64,000 nucleotides of DNA from Hyphomicrobiales bacterium (GTDB lineage: Bacteria > Pseudomonadota > Alphaproteobacteria > JAPOUT01), in the NCBI GenBank assembly GCA_026708545.1, contig JAPOUT010000054.1:5195-69194 (forward strand). The letters are read 5' to 3'. The translations under genes and the position numbers were made by a program. The notes beneath the pieces were generated by a model that saw only the letters and a list, made by a program, of their open reading frames with translations, did not search any database and had not been told where the DNA came from. Of the stretch, positions 42,078 through 51,245 are shown piece by piece. Every line of letters starts with the position of its first letter. The stretch's first letter is position 1.

Positions 42078-42310
42078 GCAGCTTTCTTTTCCTTTTATTA
42101 TCGTGTTGCAAGCATTTACCAAGTAAATACTTGTTTTATTACGCTAAATTTACAGCATATTGTTGAAAAAGGGAAGTAACAAAATGTAACAAGGCGTCAC
42201 ATTGAGGCGAGAAAAGTTCAAGAAAGGTTAACGGCTTTGGCGCAAGGACGCCCGGCGGAGGGATTGCTGCAAAGTTTCCGGCCGCTCGCGCGCTTCGGGG
42301 AATTTCCGGC

Positions 42311-43270
42311 CTAACCGACTCGCGATTCGACGCAATCCCAGAAGAGCGCGGCAATATCTTCGCCGCCGAAGTTTGCGATTTCCCTGATTCCGGTCGGGGA
42401 AGTGACGTTGATTTCGATGAGATAACCACCGATAACATCAATGCCGGCAAACAGCAGGCCGCGTTTGCGCAGTTCGATTCCCACGGCATCGCAGATAAGC
42501 GCATCACGATCGCTCAACTCCGTCGCCGCCGCTTTACCGCCGACATGCATATTGGCGCGCACTTCACCGGACGAAGGAAACCGGTCGATGGCGCCGACAG
42601 CCTTGCCGTCAAGGAGAATGATTCGCTTGTCTCCGTCAAAAACCTGGGGAAGGAATTTTTGCGCTACCAGCGGCAATGCGCCATATTGCCGCGCGAATGT
42701 GTCGAGCAACACATTCAGATTGACACCGTCCTCGCCGATGCGGAAGACGCCTTCGCCGCCGTTGCCGTAAAGCGGTTTGATGATGATGTCTTTATATGCA
42801 TCGTGGAAATTGCGGATATCCTCGGCGTTTGCGGAGACGAGCGTTGGCGGAATGAGATCGGGGAATTGCCCGACCAGCAATTTTTCGGGAGCGTCGCGCA
42901 CGGCGGCGGGTTCGTTCACCACCAACACGTCCGAAGCAACACTCTCGAGCAAATAAGTCGCGGTGATGTAATTCATGTTGAAAGGCGGGTCTTGCCGCAT
43001 GAGCACGACATCCGCATCGGCGACTTCACGCGTAACGGGCGCCTCGGCAGTGAAATGGTTATCGACCTCGTCACGCAGCTGCAGCGGTGTCGCACGCGTC
43101 CAAAGCTTGCCGTCACGCAACAGCAAGTCCCCGGCCCCATAGAAACTGACGCGATGTCCCCGCCGTTGCGCCTCAAGCATCATGGCAAAACTGGTATCAC
43201 CTTTGATGTCGATGGAATCAACGGGATCCATCTGGACGAGTATGTCGAAACTCACTGCTGCCCTTTCCAC
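42311..43270 (-). CDS. gshB: Glutathione synthetase
   Basis: 319 aa. It has MDPVDSIDIKGDTSFAMMLEAQRRGH at the N-terminus and an ATP-grasp C-terminus (GLLFAGIDVIGGYLIEINVTSPTG). Confidence 0.93.
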   Translation of the reverse strand: MERAAVSFDILVQMDPVDSIDIKGDTSFAMMLEAQRRGHRVSFYGAGDLLLRDGKLWTRATPLQLRDEVDNHFTAEAPVTREVADADVVLMRQDPPFNMNYITATYLLESVASDVLVVNEPAAVRDAPEKLLVGQFPDLIPPTLVSANAEDIRNFHDAYKDIIIKPLYGNGGEGVFRIGEDGVNLNVLLDTFARQYGALPLVAQKFLPQVFDGDKRIILLDGKAVGAIDRFPSSGEVRANMHVGGKAAATELSDRDALICDAVGIELRKRGLLFAGIDVIGGYLIEINVTSPTGIREIANFGGEDIAALFWDCVESRVG

Positions 43271-43343
43271 AATCTAACTTCGGCGAATGCGAGCATACCA
43301 CCGCAACGCATGACGGGGTCGACTTTTTTCTTTTCTTCGAACT

Positions 43344-44216
43344 TTATGCATCGGGTAAATCCTCTTGCTGCAGCGCGAGAGCGCGACGATAGACGGCGCT
43401 TCGGGGAAGCCCGTTGTTCTGCGCGACCTCCCGGGCGGCGGCGGAAAGCGTGCTGTTTTTCATGGCGATTCGCAGTTGGGCTTCCACATCAACGCCGATA
43501 TCCTTTGCCGTGTTTGCGGCGGCGCCTTCGACCAATACGACCATTTCACCCTTCGGCGCCTGCCCGGCGTAGAAATCCGCCAATTTTCCAAGGGCTCCCC
43601 GCTTGATTTCCTCAAAACGTTTGGTGAGCTCGCGCGCGACGGTTCCGTTTCTTCCTTCGAAGATGCCTGCCATGTCTTTGAGCGACCCGGCAAGCCGGTG
43701 CGGACTCTCAAAAAAGACGAGCGTCGCGGGGATGTCTTCCAGCTCGGACAAGAACCTCCGCCGGGCCGATTGCTTTGAGGGAGGAAATCCGGCGAAAAAG
43801 AACCGGTCGGATGGCAGTCCCGAAAGTGTGAGGGCGGTGAGCACCGCGTTGGCGCCGGGCGCGCAAGTCACATCAATGCCGCGTTCGAAAGCATCGCACA
43901 CCAACCGATAACCCGGATCGGACACCAGCGGCATTCCCGCCTCGGACACCAACGCGACCGCCTTGCCGGCTTCGACATTATCGAGGATGTCGCGGCGGAT
44001 TTTATCGCTGCTATGGTCGTGATAGGCGAGAATGCGCGAGTCGCGCGCGCGCTTCACGGAGTGTATCTCCAACAGCCGTTTGGTTGTACGGGTATCCTCG
44101 CAGAGCAATATATCTGCGAGGCGCAAAATTTCCAGCGCCCGCAGAGTAATGTCTTTTGCGTTTCCGATGGGGGTCGCGGTGATATAGAGTCCGGCAGGAA
44201 GGCTTGTTTGGGACAT
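43344..44216 (-). CDS. rsmI: 16S rRNA (cytidine1402-2'-O)-methyltransferase
   Basis: 290 aa. LYITATPIGNAKDITLRALEILRLADILLCEDTR...SEAGMPLVSDPG is the tetrapyrrole-methylase fold pattern typical of RsmI. Confidence 0.9.
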   Translation of the reverse strand: MSQTSLPAGLYITATPIGNAKDITLRALEILRLADILLCEDTRTTKRLLEIHSVKRARDSRILAYHDHSSDKIRRDILDNVEAGKAVALVSEAGMPLVSDPGYRLVCDAFERGIDVTCAPGANAVLTALTLSGLPSDRFFFAGFPPSKQSARRRFLSELEDIPATLVFFESPHRLAGSLKDMAGIFEGRNGTVARELTKRFEEIKRGALGKLADFYAGQAPKGEMVVLVEGAAANTAKDIGVDVEAQLRIAMKNSTLSAAAREVAQNNGLPRSAVYRRALALQQEDLPDA

Positions 44217-44266
44217 TGCGGGCCGAAGGGTTCCATCCTTGGAGAATTTAGGCTAGGATTGCGGTT

Positions 44267-45652
44267 ATGATGGCACATTCGAGGATTTTGTGGAACGCGC
44301 TTTGTGCCGGCCTTTTGGTTTGGGCGGGAGGCTGCGGGGAGCTTGATGCTCCGATCGAAGACACGCTTGGCTGGAGCGGGGAAGCCGTGCCGCAGCAGAC
44401 GGACGTCCCCGAGAGCACCGCTCCCACTCCTGCCGAAACGGAAGCGGCAAAAATTAAGGATTTGCTGGAAGAGTTGACGGTTCCGATTGATCCCTATGCT
44501 GCCGGCGAGTTTGAGGGAAACGTGTTCGGCAGGGTTGAGGTTGCCACGCCGGTGCGCGAGAACCCAAAGGCGATTCGCGTAGGATTGCTGCTGCCAACGG
44601 GGGCGGGGCAGCCGGAGCTGGCACGCATAGCGGCGGACATGCACAATGCCGCGGAGCTGGCAATGTTTTCATTGAATATGGAAGAGATCGTGTTGCTGCC
44701 GTTTGACACGAAAGGAACGCCTGCGGGCGCGAGTGCCGCGATGCGACGTGCGATGAATTCGCAGGTTGACATTGTTTTGGGACCGTTGCTGGCATCGGAA
44801 GTATCGGCGATTTCGCCGCTGGCGGGCCAACGCGGCGTGACGGTGATTGCGTTCTCGAATGACTCTTCCTCTCAGGAAGACAACGTCTTGCTGCTGAATT
44901 TTTCACCCGAACAGGACATTGAGCGGATCCTTTCCTTTGCGTACGATCGAGGCATCCAAGACTATGCCGCATTGTTGCCGAACACTCCCTACGGGAGACG
45001 AGTGGAATCGATACTGCGACGCCATGTTTTGACGACATCATCCACCTTGCACAGAGTGGAGCACTACGAACGCGTGATTGACGGACCTTATGAGCCCGCG
45101 AGGAAATTGGGGGCGTTAATCGGGGAACCCGTGGTTGAGGAGGGTGAAGAGCAACAGTCGCCTTCGCCGTTTGATGCGGTATTGCTGGCGGACAACGGAC
45201 AGATACTTCAGATAGCGGCATCGGCCTTGGCTTATTTTGATATTGCTCCGCCGAATGTTCAGTTGCTGGGGACGCACCTTTGGGATAACAGCGAGACGTT
45301 TAACGAGCCTGCGTTGCAACATGGCTGGTATCCCGCAGCGAGATCAAAGGATAGCGAATTATTCTCGAACCGGTATGAAGAGATATACGGCGCTGCGCCC
45401 GACCGCCTTGCGGGTCTGGCCTATGATGCGATGTCGCTGGTTGGTTTGTTGGTACGCGAAGGGGATTCGTGGCGCAGCGAAAAGGCTCCGCCGAATGTGC
45501 TGTTGCGTCCGGGAGGGTTTGCAGGGGTACAGGGATTGTTTCGGTTTTTACCGAACGGGCGCAGCGAGCGGTCGCTGGCAATATGGGAGATTGAGGAAGG
45601 CAACGCAGTTCTCTTGCAGGAGCCGGATGCTTTCTTTAGCGGCGGCGGCTAG
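44267..45652 (+). CDS. Penicillin-binding protein activator LpoA-like lipoprotein (type-I periplasmic-binding fold)
   Basis: The lipobox-like sequence is LLVWAGGC. An LppC/Peripla_BP_6-like body follows (IRVGLLLPTGAG...VDIVLGPLL). It is divergent from rsmI, as in many Proteobacteria. Confidence 0.7.
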   Translation: MMAHSRILWNALCAGLLVWAGGCGELDAPIEDTLGWSGEAVPQQTDVPESTAPTPAETEAAKIKDLLEELTVPIDPYAAGEFEGNVFGRVEVATPVRENPKAIRVGLLLPTGAGQPELARIAADMHNAAELAMFSLNMEEIVLLPFDTKGTPAGASAAMRRAMNSQVDIVLGPLLASEVSAISPLAGQRGVTVIAFSNDSSSQEDNVLLLNFSPEQDIERILSFAYDRGIQDYAALLPNTPYGRRVESILRRHVLTTSSTLHRVEHYERVIDGPYEPARKLGALIGEPVVEEGEEQQSPSPFDAVLLADNGQILQIAASALAYFDIAPPNVQLLGTHLWDNSETFNEPALQHGWYPAARSKDSELFSNRYEEIYGAAPDRLAGLAYDAMSLVGLLVREGDSWRSEKAPPNVLLRPGGFAGVQGLFRFLPNGRSERSLAIWEIEEGNAVLLQEPDAFFSGGG

Positions 45653-45655
45653 ACG

Positions 45656-46216
45656 ATGCGCTTGTTTGTTTTGTTTTTGACATTGTTGGCATCGGTGGTG
45701 TTCATGCCGATGCCCCTGATGGCTCAAGTTAGCGAGTGGGCGCCGGATAATAATTTGATACAGGCAGCCCGGGGGGGTTATATCGGAACAATGCGGCAAG
45801 AATTGCTGCGCGGCGCGAATGTGAATGCGTTCGGAAGAGGAGGCGTTCCGCCGTTGCTGGCCGCGGCGGAGGGAGGGCAGCCGCGTGCCATTGAATTCTT
45901 GCTTGAGGAAGGAGCGTTGCCGGACCTTTATGACAAAAAGAATCGCACGGCATTGAGCATTGCGGTTCGCGGAGGCCATACGGAGATTGTCGGGATGCTG
46001 CTGGGCGCGGGAGCGGATGCAAACAAGTATCATTCATCGGGAGATAGCGCGTTGCGGGTTGCAGTTCGGTTCGGGCATATTGAGATTGTGCGCAAGTTGC
46101 TCGATCATGATGCCGATGTTTGGGATACGGACATCACCGGCCGGACGGCCTTGGACCTGGCCAGGGAATCCCGCAACTCCGCGCTTATTGATTTGCTCGA
46201 GCGCACGAGCAATTAA
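45656..46216 (+). CDS. Ankyrin-repeat protein with signal peptide
   Basis: The signal peptide is MRLFVLFLTLLASVVFMPMPLMA. At least four ANK repeats follow (PLLAAAEGGQPRAIEFLLEEGA, TALSIAVRGGHTEIVGMLLGAGAD, and others). It starts 4 nt after the LpoA-like gene. Confidence 0.85.
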   Translation: MRLFVLFLTLLASVVFMPMPLMAQVSEWAPDNNLIQAARGGYIGTMRQELLRGANVNAFGRGGVPPLLAAAEGGQPRAIEFLLEEGALPDLYDKKNRTALSIAVRGGHTEIVGMLLGAGADANKYHSSGDSALRVAVRFGHIEIVRKLLDHDADVWDTDITGRTALDLARESRNSALIDLLERTSN

Positions 46217-46247
46217 TTCAAACGGGTCCGCCCCCCTTGACCGGAAA

Positions 46248-47483
46248 TTAGCGCTTGCATATCTCCCGTAAAATCTTCAGCACGTGCTCAACCTCGTCAC
46301 TACTATTGTAGTGAACCAACCCCAAGCGCAACACGCCGTCATTCTCCAATTCCAGTTGCTCCACCATCGAGTAGGCATAATTGTGCCCCGACCATGCATG
46401 AACATCACGACGAGCCAGTTCGAACGCCAATTCGCCCGCCGGATGTTTGTCATGCGTGAACGAAACCGTCGGAACGCGGCGGGCGATGTCATCGGTGCTC
46501 GATAGTCCGTAAATCCTGATGCCGGGAATCTCTCCAAGCCCCTCGAGCAAGCCCGACACAAGCGACTCCTCATGCGAACGTATTCCCGCAAACGCTTTTT
46601 CCAAGGCCGTGCGTCCTTCCGCGTTCGCGCCCAGTTCGCTTCCCAGCCACTGCAGGTAGGAAACGCTCGCCGACAAGCCGGCCTGCAATTCCATCTGCGG
46701 CGTTCCCCGCTCGAACTTTTCCGCTGCGCCCTTGGGTCCGCAGCGCAGCCGATATGCGGGAATTCCGTCCAGCAACTCCCCCCTCCCCCACAAAACTCCC
46801 ATGTGCGGGCCGAAAAATTTATATGCGGAACAAACAAAAAAATCACAACCCAACGCGCTTACGTCCACCATCCGATGCGGCGCATACTGGACGCCGTCCA
46901 CATAAACCAACGCGCCGGCATCTTTCGCAATGCGCGCCAACGCGCTCACATCATTCAGCGAACCGGTCAGGTTGCTTGCATAATTCAACGCTAGCAATTT
47001 CGTCTTGTCGCTCAGAACCAAACGTAGCGCATCCTCTTCCACGCGCCAACTATCCATGTCAAACGGCAGCCAGCGAACAACCAAGCCAAAATCCTCCGCC
47101 GCCTGCAACCACGGAGACACATTGCCTTCGTGATCCATCGTCGTTATTAAAATTTCATCACCGCGCGAAAACATCCGCCCCAGGGAACGAGACATGTGGT
47201 AAGTCAGTTCCGTCATCGAAGAGCCAAGCGCTATCTCCTCGCCCGACTTTGCACCGAGCAACAACGCGGCGGCCTCATGAGCGCGATCAACCACTTCCGT
47301 TGAACGTTTTGAAGTCGAAAAATATCCGTGCAAATTGGCATAAGCATCACGAGCGCATCGTCCCATCGCATCTATGACACTCGAAGGCAGCTGCGTACCG
47401 GCGGGATTGTCAAAGCAAATTGTTTTTTCGCTCAGCGACGGAAAACGTTCACGGACCGAAGCAAGTGGAAAATCCGCTACCAT
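46248..47483 (-). CDS. Class V aminotransferase-fold PLP enzyme (cysteine desulfurase-like)
   Basis: 411 aa. FDNPAGTQLP...ITTMDHEGNVSPW...DFFVCSAYKFFGPHMGVL contains the PLP-Lys context. Confidence 0.8.
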   Translation of the reverse strand: MVADFPLASVRERFPSLSEKTICFDNPAGTQLPSSVIDAMGRCARDAYANLHGYFSTSKRSTEVVDRAHEAAALLLGAKSGEEIALGSSMTELTYHMSRSLGRMFSRGDEILITTMDHEGNVSPWLQAAEDFGLVVRWLPFDMDSWRVEEDALRLVLSDKTKLLALNYASNLTGSLNDVSALARIAKDAGALVYVDGVQYAPHRMVDVSALGCDFFVCSAYKFFGPHMGVLWGRGELLDGIPAYRLRCGPKGAAEKFERGTPQMELQAGLSASVSYLQWLGSELGANAEGRTALEKAFAGIRSHEESLVSGLLEGLGEIPGIRIYGLSSTDDIARRVPTVSFTHDKHPAGELAFELARRDVHAWSGHNYAYSMVEQLELENDGVLRLGLVHYNSSDEVEHVLKILREICKR

Positions 47484-48139
47484 GAAATCTTCTTTCTGTC
47501 GCGAAAAAACCCGCCTGTCGGCCCGTTATCCTTTAATTGCGCAAGCCACAGCGCCGTATCCGCTCCCTCCTCAACCGAACGCGTTGCATCATTTCCGCCC
47601 ATTCGCGTGCGAACCCAGCCCGGACACATCGCGTTCACCTTCACCGCCGGCGCCAATTCGCGCGAGAGCGAAACCGTCAGCGCATTTAGCCCGGCCTTTG
47701 CAACACCATAACCGTTCGGTCCGCCCAAACCCTCTCCGAACGACCCCCATCCCGACGATACATTGACTATCCGGCCCCATCCCTTCTTGCGCATTGACGG
47801 AGCCGCCAGACATATCAAGCGGAACGGCCCGGTCAACATCACGTCAATGTTCGTTATAAAATCGTCCGGATGCTCAAGAATCGTCTCGCGAAAACACACA
47901 CCCGCATTGTTAACGAGAATATCAACATCGCCGACATCCTCCATGCAACGCGAAATTGATCCCGCATCGGAAACATCCAGTTCGACGCACTGCGCGCCAA
48001 CCTCGCGCGCCGCCTTCTCCCCCGCCTTCAAATCGCGTGAACCGACCACGACGTCATGGCCAGCTTCCACCAGCCCGTGCGCGATCGCCAAGCCTATCCC
48101 GCGATTGCCTCCGGTCACCAGAGCCCGTTTTGATTTCAT
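47477..48139 (-). CDS. SDR family oxidoreductase
   Basis: Internal start MKSKRALVTGGNRGIGLAIA, then NNAG and YGVAKAGL motifs. A strong RBS GGAGGT lies upstream of the ATG at 48139. Confidence 0.88.
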   Translation of the reverse strand: MKSKRALVTGGNRGIGLAIAHGLVEAGHDVVVGSRDLKAGEKAAREVGAQCVELDVSDAGSISRCMEDVGDVDILVNNAGVCFRETILEHPDDFITNIDVMLTGPFRLICLAAPSMRKKGWGRIVNVSSGWGSFGEGLGGPNGYGVAKAGLNALTVSLSRELAPAVKVNAMCPGWVRTRMGGNDATRSVEEGADTALWLAQLKDNGPTGGFFRDRKKISW

Positions 48140-48492
48140 GTCGCACCTCCGTTCGAAAAACAACCCCGGGAGAACCGGAGCAAAGGCACATAACGACGAT
48201 ATGCCTCATATCTTTTGTATTCCATAAAAATTATCCTCATGGCTACCCGAACAACTGCTTCTCGCTTGGATTCGAAATTCCGAAACTCCCGACAAAACAT
48301 GCAAGAACCATGGCAAAAAGTATACCGTAAATGATTTGCTTATGGTATCAGCCAAGACCCGATAAAGAACTACCCCAATCCACACAAAGTGGCCGATGCC
48401 CTCCTGGAACAAGCATAGTGCAATTACCAGCAAAAGTTCGGGACAGCGGGTAATAGAAAACCGGTCAGTAATAACAGAGAAATTTCGCGCGC

Positions 48493-48771
48493 CTATGTAA
48501 AAAATTGCAGAATCGTAATAAAAACGGCTAGAACTGCAACACCAAGACTAACCACACCTATCATCCTCATGGTAATGGAATTGATGTTTTTTTCCACATC
48601 CGTGCGAAGTTCTCCGATAGCCTTCTCATTACTCAATCGTAGCCTATCGATAGCGGATTCATTCTCAACAAGGAATGCTTTGTTTTTGGCTTCCATAGTT
48701 TCCATCTTTGCCTCCACAATCTCTTTGAGAGATTCAAATTCACGTTTCAGGTTGTCGTCATTGTTAGACAT
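48493..48771 (-). CDS. Small coiled-coil protein with C-terminal transmembrane anchor (XhlA/holin-like architecture)
   Basis: 92 aa. The N-terminal ~65 aa are Lys/Glu-rich heptad-like sequence, and a single hydrophobic helix IGVVSLGVAVLAVFITILQFF closes the protein. The gene is AT-rich and has no clear RBS. Confidence 0.45.
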   Translation of the reverse strand: MSNNDDNLKREFESLKEIVEAKMETMEAKNKAFLVENESAIDRLRLSNEKAIGELRTDVEKNINSITMRMIGVVSLGVAVLAVFITILQFFT

Positions 48772-48824
48772 ACCGGCATTGTATCACGGGAAGACGAGAA
48801 GGGCGAGTGAAAATATTACGGAGT

Positions 48825-48870
48825 GATATACTTATTGTCACAAGCCCCGATCCGCATTGGGATGCCATAG
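48825..48870 (+). repeat. Third copy of the hairpin-repeat family (5' module)
   Basis: GATATACTTATTGTCACAAGCCCCGATCCG...CCATAG can be set against copy L, ATATACTTTATGTCACAAGCCCTGATTCG...CCATAG. Across the ACTT..AAGCCC core, 16 of 18 positions match. Confidence 0.55.
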
Positions 48871-48879
48871 GTTTCCCAA

Positions 48880-49750
48880 AATGGTCCATTAGTTGTACCT
48901 GATTCGCCCGGCAATGCTGCCGATACCGATAATGAGGAGGTCGCCATCCAGCTCACCGACCCGAACAACAACCTCCACCGGGATGGATTATAGTGGAACC
49001 GTCCACTATTACAGTCACTATCACAGACGAAGGCTGATCATCGTGAATCCATCTCGAGATATTCCAACAATTTCCTGATACAACACGAACGAGCAGAAAG
49101 GCTATTCCAAATCATCAAACTACACACTCAAGTGCCTCCTGCTATCTATGCACCGAATTTAGACAAAACATTTGATTATGCTATACTTGATTCGTCTGCA
49201 ATCCATCGAAGGATTAGGGAAATGGTTATGGCCCTTCCCGCCCCATTTATGGTTGCTCTGTATCGTAGAGTGGTAATGGGACAGGGGATTATACCAAGAC
49301 CGGCACAGCGTCCTATTGCTCTCGCTACGTACATCGCCCCATCGCCTCTGTCTCCATAATTCGGCAACATCTCCAAGCGCATAAACGCACACAATCTATC
49401 CTGATAGCCTATCCGATTGACAATCTCAAAACGCCGCATACAACGAAACGGCAACGTTTCAGCAAGGCTTTGCCAAAAATTTAACGACTTCGTTTGCTTG
49501 GAACTTGTATTTGAACCCGATGTTTGCAGCGTAACCCTTAATTTCGGAGCATCGTTGTGTGAAGATATCAACTTCCGCAGCATAAGCATCGTTCCCGCCT
49601 TTTCCCCACGCCTACAGATCGTCACCAGACGGTAAACAGTCCTATGTTTGCAAATTCTTCTGCAGTATCCTTGTGATTTTCTTTTTTTATGCCGTTCCTC
49701 CGAACGATTTATGACATCCAGCCGTTTTCCTGTCATAATGGGAACTTAGC
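48880..49750 (-). pseudogene. Decayed coding remnants (several frames, interrupted by stops)
   Basis: Minus-strand translation gives protein-like stretches in different frames. Examples are (ATA)KKENHKDTAEEFANIGLFTVW*, AWGKGGNDAYAAEVDIFTQRCSEIKGYAANIGFKYKFQANEVVKFLAKPC*, VIVTVIVDGSTII and VEVVVRVGELDGDLLIIGIGSIAGRIRYN*. No intact gene remains and the families are not recognised. Confidence 0.35.
49181..49208 (+). repeat. Fourth, internally deleted copy of the repeat family
   Basis: The sequence is CTATACTTGATTCGTCTGCAATCCATCG. It contains TATACTT, the exact 10-mer GATTCGTCTG and ..TCCAT, all shared with copy L. Confidence 0.45.
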
Positions 49751-49816
49751 CGGATGCGCCAACATCGAGACGAACATTTTGACGCATTAGACGAACTCTG
49801 TAAAAGGATAGGAAAT

Positions 49817-50245
49817 ATGACGAACAACGAACAATCTGCGAAAGAGGTGCGCGAGGTTTTAGACAATTGGGGGAAAGCTCTATTCCAGAAAGATCTGGAA
49901 GCCATGCATAAAAGCTATGTTGAGAATTGTCGGCTCTTTGATGTGAAGGCATCTTTGAAAGGCGTTGAGAATGCAAAGGAAACATGGAAAAAGCTCTTGC
50001 CTTATTTTGATAAACCGCAGATCGAATATAGAGATCTGGAGATTCACGCCACCGACGACATGGCTGTGGTGCATTTCCGCAATCGCATAACCGGCACTGT
50101 TGAACCCATGCCTGAAGAAATGGCAAATGTGTGGTTGCGCGGCACAGTATGCTATAAGAAAATTGACGGTGTATGGAAATGCATCCATGAGCATATTTCC
50201 TTCCCTGTTGACGGTCAGACAATGCAGGTTGCTAAAGCCGCATAA
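49817..50245 (+). CDS. SnoaL-like / NTF2-fold (DUF4440-like) protein
   Basis: 142 aa from MTNNEQSAKEVREVLDNWGKALFQKDLEAMHKSY, ending ...WLRGTVCYKKIDGVWKCIHEHISFP. This is the typical ketosteroid-isomerase-like pattern. Confidence 0.7.
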   Translation: MTNNEQSAKEVREVLDNWGKALFQKDLEAMHKSYVENCRLFDVKASLKGVENAKETWKKLLPYFDKPQIEYRDLEIHATDDMAVVHFRNRITGTVEPMPEEMANVWLRGTVCYKKIDGVWKCIHEHISFPVDGQTMQVAKAA

Positions 50246-50261
50246 GATAAGGAGATTGCAA

Positions 50262-50615
50262 ATGACTTACGTGGATGGATTTGTGGCAGCCGTGCCAACT
50301 GAAAACAAAGAAAAATTTATTAAGCATGCAAAAATAGCTGCGGATGTGGTGAAAGAATGCGGCGCATTGAAAACCGTAGAATGTTGGGGTGATGATGTTC
50401 CTGACGGGGAACTTACATCGCTTCCTATGGCCGTAAAGAAGCAAGCCGGTGAAACAGTGGTTTTTTCTTGGATTATCTGGCCGGACAAGGAAACACGCGA
50501 TAAGGGTATGAAACAAATAATGGAAGACCCGCGCATGCAGGAGGATGTTAATCCGATGCCATTTGACAGCAAACGCTGTATTTTTGGCGGTTTTGAAATA
50601 ATCTTAGAGTCGTAA
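50262..50615 (+). CDS. DUF1428 family protein
   Basis: 117 aa. MTYVDGFVAAVPTENKEKFIKHAK...ECWGDDVPDGELTS...VVFSWIIWPDKETRD...MPFDSKRCIFGGFE matches the DUF1428 pattern. Confidence 0.8.
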   Translation: MTYVDGFVAAVPTENKEKFIKHAKIAADVVKECGALKTVECWGDDVPDGELTSLPMAVKKQAGETVVFSWIIWPDKETRDKGMKQIMEDPRMQEDVNPMPFDSKRCIFGGFEIILES

Positions 50616-50749
50616 AATATTCCGCTGGTTTCGCAGTCCTCACAAGTTCACTTCAAACCTGCACCCACAAATCTATTGACAATCCGGCATTCTTGTATGA
50701 TGCTGATGATAGGAGGGAGGGTTACTACATCCCAACAAGGAGATTGAGA

Positions 50750-50953
50750 ATGCGTGACTTTGTGCTGAATGTTTTGACGGGCTTCTGTTTAATAGCAGTC
50801 ATAGGAGGATTTGCGGTAGGTACAGTGTTTGGCGGTGAGATATTAATTGATTGGATGCCAATTGTTGGTGATATTTTGCTGTGGACGGTTTTAGCATGCG
50901 GATCTATTGGAGTCTTATGGTTGATGGGTGGTATTTTCAGGGGAAGGCTTTAA
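50750..50953 (+). CDS. Small two-TM membrane protein (hypothetical)
   Basis: 67 aa. An RBS AGGAGA lies 5 nt upstream of the ATG at 50750. Two hydrophobic helices are present. Confidence 0.45.
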   Translation: MRDFVLNVLTGFCLIAVIGGFAVGTVFGGEILIDWMPIVGDILLWTVLACGSIGVLWLMGGIFRGRL

Positions 50954-51059
50954 GGACTTCAGGCGGGCCTGATACTTGGATTGAACCGAGACGATAGACT
51001 CGTAGACGTCCCCCGCTTCGTTTTGCGCAACCGGCATCTTAATAATCTGCTTTTAAGTC

Positions 51060-51245
51060 TGTAGCCCGCCGGGGAACTGTCTTCTATTCCGTCTCATCGA
51101 GTATATCGGAATGAGATAGAACAAGGGGGCGCGCGGTTGGCACGGGCGGTTCGTTCCCCCATGCGCTGCGGTACAAACATGGTTGTAATGTTCGCGCCAC
51201 TCCTTGATGAAAGTCTGCACTTCCTTCCAGGAGGCCTCGTCAGGC
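51060..51245 (-). mobile_element. Remnant of an IS (DDE/rve-type, IS3-like) transposase 3' end with possible terminal TG..CA end
   Basis: Minus-strand translation gives DEASWKEVQTFIKEWREHYNHV. A frameshift then leads to (R)LYRSAWGNEPP, resembling the ...W...YNxxRPHSALG..P tail of integrase-core transposases. The fragment begins abruptly after a stop at ~51245. The sequence TGTAGCCCGCCGGGG at 51060 could be the IS terminus. Confidence 0.4.

Noticed and set aside
45771-45777. G7 tract inside the 5' part of the ankyrin-repeat gene as a second phase-variation site
   Set aside because: Seven residues is short for efficient slippage. G/C runs of 6-7 occur elsewhere in this G+C-rich DNA (for example C7 at 13444..13450), and it simply encodes Arg-Gly-Gly.
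48206-48433. 75-aa minus-strand ORF at the left edge of the tRNA-Arg islet
   Set aside because: It has no RBS, an odd composition and no motif. It is possibly a fragment of a decayed membrane protein but is not supportable as a gene.
50676-50701. TTGACA ... TATGAT upstream of the 2-TM mini-ORF as its promoter
   Set aside because: The spacer is only 14 nt, which is incompatible with a standard sigma70 promoter.
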